A stretch of 64,000 nt of DNA. It comes from Chrysomallon squamiferum. Its lineage: Eukaryota > Animalia > Mollusca. The position numbers and the translations under genes are program-made. The stretch covers positions 31,496,001 to 31,560,000 of the forward strand of contig CM022665.1 in assembly GCA_012295275.1 (NCBI GenBank). The letters are read 5' to 3'. Below, in pieces: positions 1-11,800 of this stretch. The stretch's first letter is position 1. Every line of letters starts with the position of its first letter. The notes beneath the pieces were generated by a model. It was given only the letters and a program-made list of their open reading frames with translations, did not search any database and was not told where the DNA came from.

Positions 1-1280
1 AGAATACTGATACTAACTATAATGCAGTAATTTTAACTGTACAGCCATGTTTGAACCTAACAACAATATCATACAAGTAAAAAAAAAAAAGGAAAGGTAA
101 TTAAATTTTAAGATAGTTATAAATAGCTGAGAAAATATATTAATTTGAACAGAATGATATTGTTAACTTTCTAAAAAAGAATTTTAAAATAACAAAAAAT
201 AAAATAAAATAAAATTTAAAAGAAATAAAATATTTACAAATTTATCTTATTTAAAAACAATTAATGGGAAAGAAAAAGCATGTTTTCAAGATACGCATTT
301 CATGAGATAAAACAGAAACAACCTATAGTGACAGATGCAATATTTTTGCTGTTGGTTTAATATTTATGAGCATTTTAATGTATGATACAAACATATGTTT
401 ATGTTGGAATCTACAAGTATGCTGTATAGTTATAACAAGTACAAATGTCACAGAGGTCAGGTAAACAGACTTTAAGATGAATACAGGTAATAAGTTAACA
501 CTCAAGCTTTGCAGTTAACAGTTCCAGTCTATGATGTCTTACATTATGATGTTAAATTACTAATCTTTTAATAAATAAATAATAATTTTGTTAACTAAAT
601 GCTGTCAGTAACATTTTGCAAGTTTCTGGATGTAAGTATATGTTTAATATATATATATTATTGTGTGTGTACCAATTTTTTTTTATTTTTTTTATTTGAA
701 TAGTGGAATACTGGATATAGTTCAAATTAAAATTCCAACAAAAAATAAAATATTAGAATTTATAATAATCAGAAATCTGTTGGTAGTTTAAATAATAACA
801 AAGTTAATAATATTAATAATACCATTAACTATAACAACAACAAAGACATCCATCACAGTTCATGGTGTGTATTTACATAGGTTTCATTTTACTTGATGAT
901 TTAATCAAGAACTGAGAGACTTAAAATTTCAAACTCATTCTTTTCTATTTTAAAGTAGTTTTGCAAGATAAGAATATCTGATACAATCTAAATTTTCTTC
1001 AAGATTATACTGCCATTTACTTAGTTACATAATCAAACTGTAATTTTCATGATACTGCTCAAGGCTAAAACCCTGCATCTAACCAGTCTTAATTAATTCT
1101 TATAAAATCATGTGTGATGATTTGAAGACTCAGCGGCTGTAGGATTTTAGATATTGATTAAAAAAAAAAAAAAAAGGTCTATGTAAATGACATTCATTAA
1201 AAAAACAAAATTAAAAAAATTAAAAACCTGGTCACTGGATAAGTGGAGTGGTATCTGAATGTTTAGAAGGAAGCTGCAGC

Positions 1281-1317
<37 letters not shown>

Positions 1318-1596
1318 TTATAAGAGTCTGTTAGTTACTAAAGCAGAATTCAGTTTATAAAACTGGAAAATGTACAGTTTAAAACATACTTTACTAAATC
1401 TTTCATTCAGATTATCACCACGTGTTAGCTTTTAATTTAAAACATATAACTTAGATTTGTGTCAATGTAATAAAAATGAAACCTATATCATTTTAAAAAT
1501 TACATTCTGAAAATATGAAAAAGAAAAAACATAAAACCAAAAAAACAATCCTACAGATCAACCAAAGAAAACAATTAAAATCCAGGTAAATCTCAC

Positions 1597-1820
1597 CTCT
1601 GTATTTTTAACAGGAGAAGATGCAGGTTCGATCACTGGCTCTATCGAAATTGTATTGTTATCCTGTTCAGGTGTGATGGGACTTGCCTGGAATTCGTTAA
1701 TGGTGATGTTGGCTGGAGAGACTGTTTCTTCAACTGTTATGTTTGAGTGAGGCAGGACTTGGAAGAAACACATCAGGTAAGTCATTATAGACTTTTTGTC
1801 AGGCTGGTTCACATCAACAT
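1597..1820 (-). CDS. DMD: Dystrophin exon equivalent to human exon 8 (end of CH2 plus hinge 1)
   Basis: ttttcag|AT GTT GAT GTG AAC CAG CCT GAC AAA AAG TCT ATA ATG ACT TAC ... ACA GAG|gtgaga; [24 protein letters not shown] followed by a P/S/T/E-rich stretch; 224 nt. Confidence 0.9.
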
Positions 1821-4800
1821 CTGAAAACAATATAATTTTTTAATAACTTCTCTGAGAACACTTTGTTGTATGTAAGACAATAAGAAAGTAAAATAAGCTT
1901 GTATAATAATAATAATAATAATAATATCTTACCTGAAAACAGAAAAAGAACCCCACAACATATAATAAAATATCAGTAGTTGTTATAATAGGATAGCTCT
2001 TTGAATTTTCATTCTTTTATACAAAAAAAAAGAAATAAAAAAAGAAAAGGAAAACCACCAAACACGAAACAAACATCAACAAAACAACCTAGGACTTTTA
2101 AAATTTTATTTTGAAAATTTAATAATATTGAAAAAGCAGTTAACATTAATTTAATACTTATTTTTAAATATTAATGATTATTTACTGAAATTTGGAAGAA
2201 AACTCAAGTCACTATAGTTATATTATAAATTATTCAAACTTCTTTATAATATTTCATATTCTTAACAAACTACCAACAGAACTGTGTTAATATCCATATT
2301 CAAATCAAATAAGTAAACTAATCAGCTTTCTGCTTTTTATTTAATTTTAGTTATGCCTTTTTTAAAACCTAAAAAAAATGAACAAAAAAAGAAAAATGAA
2401 AGAAAACAAAGACTTTTGTTAAACAAACCATACAGAGTTACTTCCCTTAAGTGTCAAGTAAAATATCTACGTTCACATATATAGTGATATAACAATGGCA
2501 ACTCTGATTAATGTTTATCATAAAAAAGCTGTTAACAATGAGAAGAATGCATTAGTGAAAGGTTATGCATATGGATTCTATATGTCAAGGTAAGCAGGAA
2601 ATATTTTTTCTCTATATTTAGCAATTTCTTTTTCTTACAAGTTTTATTTCCCTTTTCTTTTTCTTTCTTTCTTTCTTTTTTATCTTTATCTATTTATTTA
2701 TTTCAAAGTGTACATTTCATATTATAATACCCAATATATTTTTTTAAATGCAAATCATGTATGTATATATAATGGATAGAAAAAGAGAAAACATATCATC
2801 TAACACACATTCATATGACATGTACCAGCTAGTTATTATTACTAATGCTACCAGGTAATGCAAATCTCATTCACGTTTTGATCTTATTTTTAATAAATTC
2901 AATAAGTATGAAAGTCACACCCACCTTCAGCATCAAGAAGTTTGTCAATACCCAGCTGGTCTTTGGCTACTCTGAATGCATGTTCAAGATTGTCATTGTT
3001 AGACTTTGTCAAAAGAGAGTCATAATGAAACAGCTCAGGCCTGGAAAACAAAAAAACAAAAATGGATGGATGGATTGTAAGATGGATGGAGGGAGAAAGG
3101 GAGAAGTGCATGAATGAATAAATGAATGAACCAATCAATGTACTACGGATGAATGATGATGAATGATTGAATGGATGAATGGACAGATGGAAGAATAGAA
3201 GGATTGATGATTGAATGAATGGAAGGATTCAATTTGTCTTTATTCTTCCAAAACATGAAGTTTTCACACATGAATTTAACCTGATTTTCTCACCTGAATT
3301 TATGAATAAGTGCATTAAAAGCAAGTCCATCTCTCCAGCTTGTTGTGAAGTTCCTTATGTCTACATTCTTGTACCTGAAATAAAGTTGTTGTTGTTGTTA
3401 TATGTCACCTTTAAAACAAACTGATGAATTATCAGTGAATTTGTATTACTGCATATTAAACATTGTCAAATTTTATTTTATATCGTGCAGCATACAAGTC
3501 ATCAATAAACAGATGACATTTAAGTATTTTAATTTTGTTTATTCAAATATAATTTTAAAAAACATATTATTCCTCTGAAGGTGATGTATCTGTAATTGTC
3601 CAGACTGTATACCAATGCAGTCTTCAATTTGGAACTAAAATGTTTTTGCTATTTCTGGAAGTCTTTGTAGTTAATTATAGTAAAATGGTAAGCTTGTTAG
3701 GTGTTCAGATTAGTTCATATTAGACAGTGGTGAAGACAATGCTCTATCACAACCCAATTGTCTGGACATTATAGAAGTATGTGTCTGAATTGGCATTAGT
3801 CATACATTCAAAATACATTAATGGCCAATTCAGAACTACCCCTTGGGCTAATTCATATCCTAGCCAGTATCCTAAATAGTGGGTTACTTCTCATAAATAG
3901 GTACTAAACATAAAGGCCATGGTAGTTAATTTTCTGTGTATAGGGAGGTATATATTAAAATTAATTTGCAGCAAAAGCAGACCATAGTATATGGCAGTAC
4001 GTTTCCCTTCTCACAGCATCATTATAAATTCATACCCAATAACAAATGATGGGCCATTTGTAAAAATATGATGAAATGTTGTTATATACTAACAGTTTAT
4101 TAATGTATTCAGTTTTCACTTCTTTGAATGATGTCAAGCAATACATCCTTAATATTTCAACAGATGTAACTTTTAAACATAACTACTGAATTACTTTTGA
4201 TACTAATATATTTATAGCTGATAAAGAGCTTGCATTAAAGTCTTCATGCAATGAGCATTGTTGTTAACAAGACTTTTAGGCATAAATGACTAGTACTTTA
4301 AATTTTATTTTATTACATTAAGCAAGAAAAAAACTCACCCAGCAGTACACTGACGACACCAAGACAACAAAGTCTTCTCCAAATTGGTCTGTCGAAGATC
4401 ATCCATCACATTTTTCATTACATCCTTCACCTGAAGTAATTCAGAAAAAAAATCAGGAATCTAATTTAAAAGTATCTTCAATAAACCTTACGCAGTTCTG
4501 TATCTCTTAAAAGTATAATGAAGTAAAAAAATATTTTTCACAAATCTAAACTGACACTATTCAATAAATTGTAGTTAAAAATAATATTCTCATGGATTCT
4601 ATCATTTATACAAAATAAATAATACAAAACTGAGAGATACTTAATTCTGGATTTAAATTCTGAATCTTTAGAATCTTATTTACATTTTTTTTTTTTTTTT
4701 CATTATTCTTACCCATGATTTAACTCAATAGAAATCTTATTATTTTACTATATTTCCTTTAATTACTAACTTTTTCAGAATTCATTAAACAGCTAAACAT

Positions 4801-5194
4801 ATACAAATTCATTGAAAAAAACAACAACATATCAAATCTTGGAAAAGATGAATTTACTAGTAATTTGACATAATATTTAAATTTATATTTCTCACAAACC
4901 ATTCCTTACTAAAAGGTATTGACTTTTTTTAATGATTCTTGTACATAAACTTAATAATGCTGTGATTTTTAATGTGGATCCAGTGCAGTGCATCTAATTA
5001 GAAACTCAAATTGTTATAAATATGCTATTTGTTTACCTGCCAGTGTAAAATGATACTCCAAACCAATCCCAGGATAAGTTTGTTGTTCCCATCAACAATA
5101 TCATTGCTGCATATGTTAACAAGTTTGATCTGTAATCATAATTCAAACACATTCTAAGGAATAACATTAATACTTTGTATTTACATTCTGCATT

Positions 5195-5226
<32 letters not shown>

Positions 5227-8200
5227 TCACATACATAAAGATCAAGGTATATATGTATCCTCAAAATTGCAAGAAGATTCAACACATTATGACAATAATT
5301 GTAGACAGCTATCAATACTATCAAAATACAAGCTATTTAAATTAATTTTATTGTCTTTATTACAGTGTACATCATCCACCCAATAATGAATTATAGTCTC
5401 AAAATAATAAAAGGACACGTTTTTCTGCTTTGTTAAATCTAAAAACATTATTAAACCTTAATTTGTTTTATTTTAAATCAATATTAACATAACTTCAAAC
5501 ATGAACATTTCAACAATACCAAATTCAATATAAAGAGTGAAAGAACAAAATTTCATAAACATTTTTTCTTGTTTTAGAAAACATGAATACAAAACTCAAG
5601 GACATTTAGTTGTTTGCACATTGTTATTATATTTTTTTTATCAGACCACTTCCTAACAGTGAAAGAATTTTGTTCATACTAGAAACATTTCAATTTCTTT
5701 AGTGATAGTGATTAACATTTAAAAAGAGCATGCCCTCCCACATGGACAATTCAAAGCTGAGTAAACAGTGGTAAGGCTCAAGAACAGCAAGACATCTAAG
5801 CACAGAAGTTCAAGTTTACACTGCAAATAGGTTTCTTTTATGACTGGATCAATAACAATAGCATACAGAGAATAACACATTTTTTGGTGCATCAGGCCTT
5901 TAATCATGTACACAGCATATTAAAACAGTTTTTCAGTTTTGTTTAATTTGTTCTAATCAGAGAAGTTCTAATTTACACTATAAATTTACATTTATCAATG
6001 AAACAGGTTCCTTTTATTGCTGGAATCATAAATCTATTTCTTTTTCCTTTTTTTGTAAACATATTTTTGATGCATAAGGACATTTATGTTCATGTACACC
6101 ATATGTTAAAATGGTTTTGTTTAGAGATATTTGTTCTAAGCATAGATATTTAATTTTATAATGTAAATTTGCATTATCAAGCAAATTGGTTTATTTTATT
6201 ATAGAATAAATACCAGTGATATACAGGAAATAATACATTTTCATTCATAAATCATGCTGACTATATTATAAAACAATTTTTTAGTTCTGGAAAATGTTTT
6301 GTAAATCCAAAAGTTTACATTAGCAAATAGACAGGTTTTTTGGATTTTAAATTATTTTTTTTTAATGTTAAGCAGTTTTTCAGTTTTGTTTGATCTAGAC
6401 AACAAATCTGCAAAGAGGTTTCTTTTATTATCAAATCAATAACATTCACTGTTCATCTATTAATCTGCATCTTAAACATCATTTTTTCTCAATTGTGAAA
6501 AATGTTTTTCCTTTGACTATTTTTCTGTTCTTGTGCTAAGTACGAGTAATTACATCTCAGTGTTGTTGATATGTTTGGTCTTAAATCTAATGACTTAATG
6601 TATTATTCATCTGATTTATCGATTTGAGAAAATTAAATGAAAGAGTCAGCCAATTTGTTAGTCAGTGCATCTGTCAGCATGTCATTCTATCACCTATAAT
6701 TAAATCAGTTATGAAACCAAATTAAGAAACAAAATAAAAAATATAGAAAAATCTCATCTGAACACATTACATGTATCTTTAACTAAAACTTATTTAACAA
6801 TTTCTTTTTGGACACGTATAATCACAATATTTTAATAAGAATTACAAAATGTAAAATTTTACAGAAATAAATAAATGAATAAATAAAACAATCAAAAATT
6901 TTGTTTACCAACAAAAATAAAATATATCATACATTAATTTTAAACGATTTTATGCATTACTGTTATATAACACAAAAAAACCCATCAAAAAACCCTAACA
7001 AAAAATAATAATTATAATATTATTAATAATATTAATAATAAACAATAATAATACAAAGATGTAAATAAAAATGCATGTAAAAGACAGTTTCCAGTAAAAC
7101 TAAACAACTAAATCTGATCTATGTATATAGTCAGTAGCAGTAACATCAGAATATGTAACAGGTTTTGATTCAACAGATAGAGAGACAAACAGCTGTTTTT
7201 TCAACCACTTCCTTCTAATCAATAACCTGCAGATTTCCACATAACATAGCAAATTTCCTATTCAATATGTCCATGAAAAATAAAATTACCATCTCTTTCC
7301 TACTAAGATCAAAAGAATTAATTTCATTAAACTATTTCAGTTAATGCATCATAGAAATGTTGCTATTTCCACATAAGCTTAGTCCAAAATTTCTTTCACA
7401 TTTAAATGAAAAATATATTTTTTTAAATGTTTTTTCTTATACTTAATGATATTATAAATATATTTTTACTAATTGTCTCTTTATCTCTGGTATGGACAAA
7501 GCACACAAACACATGCTCACACATGGTATACTTACATTGTAGTTTCTTTCTAAAACCTGCAAAGCTCTGTTGACGTTGTTAATGTGATGAACTCTCATGC
7601 GGCCATTTTCTCTTTTCTTAAAAAACAAAAAACAGGACTTTTTAAAAATAGACCTAAACTAGTTTCTTTGAATATTTCAAACAGAATAATAATAAAAAAT
7701 AAAATTATAATTACAAGTTGACATAATATACTATTTATAACTGGTCTTAAACAGTTACAGTTATACATAGATGTTTATGTCTGTGTCTTTGTGAGACAGG
7801 CTAATATATTCATTTAGCTATGAATAATAATTCATTCATAACAAAATAAAATTCAGTTCACTCTTATTCATTATTTATTTTTCAGACTGCCTTTACTGTT
7901 TGCAATATTTTTTTTTTTTTTTTTAATCTGTTAATCTGACAATCTCATTTTCTTTTTGGGGTTTTCTTTCTTTCAAACACACACTCACAACAAATACACA
8001 TACACATACACTGATTTACTCACATTCACTTTCTCTCAGTTTGTCTCCTTTCTTTCATTTTTTTCACTTATTTCTCCCTGATGACATTTTTAAAGTAAAC
8101 AACATAATTATGATTTTTTTAAAATATTTTTATTATTACTGTTATTGTTGACATTACAATTGTGTTTGTGTATATATATATATTGTCACTGTTGCTGCTG

Positions 8201-8695
8201 CTGTTGTTGTTTTTTATTATTATTATAAAATCAGATTCATTTATCTTGATGTTACCCAGATGTCTGATTAATGTAATTTAAGTCAGTCTAATATTTCAGA
8301 ACTGAAATGATCCCAATTAAAAATAACTGACTGCATTTGTCAAGTATGCAATAAAATGTCAGTCAGGAAAGAAAAAAAAAGTGGAGTAATTTCAAACTTA
8401 ATAACTCACACTGGATTCTGTTAACCTGCATAAACTGATAAATACACTTAAATTAATTCAACTCAGTAATTTATATTTATCACCCCATTCAAATGTTTTT
8501 CTTTTCTAAATTGATTTTTAACAGTATTAAAATGAAATGCTTCTGTTAATTGTCGACACAAACACAGATTATTTGCAGTCAGTTTAATTGTACAGCCTCA
8601 AGAGCAGAAAGGATTTAGTGTTTTTTAGCAGATAATTAGATGAATTTTAAAATTAAATATTGTGATTCATAGTTTTGATTGCTCTGGGTGTTGTT

Positions 8696-8737
<42 letters not shown>

Positions 8738-8843
8738 GTGTGTGTGGTTTATTTTAATTTTTAATTTTTTTTATTTGATTTGTTTTGTTTTGTTTGTTTT
8801 TTTGTAGTTTTTTTTATGGTTTATTTTCTTTCTTTAAATTATT

Positions 8844-8876
<33 letters not shown>

Positions 8877-11800
8877 ACAATACTTTTTATTTATCTTTTT
8901 AAAAAAGATACATTACATTACAAATATGCACATTATTCTATTATGTTTAACTAATGTCAGTATTTACTATTTTATACTATTGATATTTTTTATTAGTTAA
9001 TTTTAAAATATTCTTACTTATTCTGCAACTATTGTCATAATATAATGTTAACACGTCTTAATTTAACAATCTATCACATTATAAATATTAACTATATTTA
9101 CTCTGCATTTATTTCATTCTAAAGCAAACATTACATTAATATTTCTACCTTCATTTCTATTCTGATTTTAAATCTGTGTATTCATAAGCAAGCATAGTCT
9201 ATGTATCAATAAAGAGATATTTTTGTATGTTTTCTCTACAACTTGTATAAACAGGTACCAGATTACAAAATGCAAGCGCACACATGCATTCATGTATGTT
9301 GATGTTTTTATGTTGCTGCTCTGGCAAAACAGCTAAGACCAATAACAATAGTTACTGTGTAAATGCAGATGTTGGTTTTTTTAAAAACATATTTAGCAAT
9401 TCTTTCATGGTGGATTTGTTGTTTGTTTGTTTGTTGTTTTTTGTTTTTGTGTTTTCAACAAGGAATATTAAACATATTTTTACTAGATATCAATGTACAC
9501 AAATGTGAAAAAACACTTAAAAGTTTCTTTATATAAGATATAAATCATCTGTTACATTAAGATTTGCAAAACTCAATTCTACACGCACACACATTCTTAT
9601 AATGAAGGTTACATAAACTGTTTTACCATAAATATACACAGAATTATTCAGCAACTTTTCTGACAGTGAAATTATAACTCCATGCTGTAAAAAATATTTT
9701 GATTTTTAATTATCATTATTATTATTTTCTTTCTTTATTATTATTTTCTTTTTTTTCCTTTATTATTATTATTTTTTTTTTTTTTCAAATTCTAGTTTCA
9801 GCTGTATTCTATCTGGAAAACACATCTGACTGTAGAAAAATAATAATTATAGGCAGAAGACTTACTAATGACAGGCCACTAAGAACCTCAAGTAATGATA
9901 ATAGATGTGTTCCGTCTCGAAGATCCGTGAACAGGTCGCCAATAACTGATCTGTTAGCCTGCAAAGATTTTAAAAATACACAATGTGAGCTTACTGACAG
10001 AATAATGCAGACTTAAAATAAATAAATAAATAAATAAAAGTAAGTTTGATAATATAAAAAGAATGGAAACAAAAATTGCTCATTCTGATTTGTACATAAA
10101 GGGCAGCTGAGGACAATATGATAAGAGAGATTTAAAATTAAATGTAAAAAATTAAAATGAATGTTAGTATGTTTGATAAAAAAAAAAAAATCTTAGTTTT
10201 TGGTGGTATTAAAAAAAGAGAGCATGTTAAGGCAAAAAATACAGTAATGTTATATTACAAAGATAAATTTAAAAAAAAAATGAAAGTCTGAATAAATAAA
10301 AAAAAAAAAAAAAATAAAAAAAAAAAATTAAATAATAAGAAGTAAAAATAAAAATAATAATAAAAAAATAAACTCATGTAAACCTCAATCAAATTTAATT
10401 TCTGTGGTAAAAAGATATTTTAAAATAGATGACTGTTGTTGCAAAAAATTATAAAGATTTTGAAATAAAGAAATTTGATCAATACAAAAAATTACAAAGA
10501 TTCAACAACAAAAATGTAATCTATAAGTAATCTAAGATTTCAAAACATAAAATTAATATGTTGTAATAAAAAGGTAAATATTTAAAAAAAACACATAAAA
10601 TTTATATGTTGTGATAAAAAGGTAAATATTTTTAAAAAGCATTAAATTTGTATGTTTTGATAAAAAGATAAATACTTTAAAAATAGAAGGTAAGCCTGCA
10701 AGCTAAAAAGATAAAAAATTTTGAAACAGAAAAAGATATTTCACATAAATATAAATAAATGTGAATCAGCATTCACTTTATTTCAAGAATTTAATACGTG
10801 TTTGGACATCAAAGATTTTAGTTAATTTACTGACACCTTGTATAATGACTATTTTAAAATTGGATGGGAAATGTTTTGAAGTTAACACTTTGAACTCTTC
10901 ACCCTATTAACCTGGTTAATTTTCCAAAATTGAGACTAAACTACTCTAATTGATTCCTGAAACTGCATTTTACATTTTACATTTAATCACAGAAGGTCAT
11001 TTAATTGGAAAATTGTTTGTTGTTTTATCTGTGATTTTATTCAGGATATCTGATCTTATACATGTTTGTATTTATTTGGATATCTGAACATTTCTGAAAA
11101 CAGTTTCGATTTACTATGTAGAAATAAACTGCAAAGAGGTGTTTGGTTTTGTTTCTTTGTTGTTGTTTTTGGGGGGTGTGTTTTATTTTTTTTAATCTTG
11201 TTTTTTTCTCATTCCCTATTTATTTTGTGTTGTGTATAGTTTAGTTTCTTTGTTTGGTTCTCATTTTATATTTCCTTTTGTTATTTTTATTTATTTATTT
11301 TTTTAAGCAGAGAAATACATATTACTGTCAAAGACAATGCAAAAAATAAAAAAAACAATTTAAAAAATAGAATAAAATAAATTAAATTTAAATACTTTGT
11401 CTAAACTTGTTTATATATATAAAATTAAATTTATCATCATAAGTCTTTGTGAGTGATTTCCTCTGAACTTAATTACTTAAAGGACAAAATTAAAATAAAA
11501 ACTATGTAATATATTACATAGCAGACTATTTAAGCAATGTCACATTAACTACAGTTCATTTTTAACATCTCTAACACAAGACAAGCAGTATAAGAACTGT
11601 TGGCCACGTGAAATATTTCTGAAGATTAACTTATTTATGCCAGTTTTGACTGATCTTTTTTTCTTGAAATTTACAGTCACATATTACAGAATTTGCCAAC
11701 AAACAAAAATATTTCTTTCAAGGCTTATTTGTCATGTGTGCATACTTTTCTCTGCATCCTTCTATATATAATTTATGAGCATGAGTTCAAGAGGTAAAAT

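Noticed and set aside
2845-3424. Plus-strand ORFs 2845-3117 and 3215-3424 (also 9699-10016, and minus-strand 60093-60311)
   Set aside because: Antisense shadows of real exons.
7641-7652. MEF2-like TTAAAAATAG sites (many copies)
   Set aside because: Expected by chance at this AT content.
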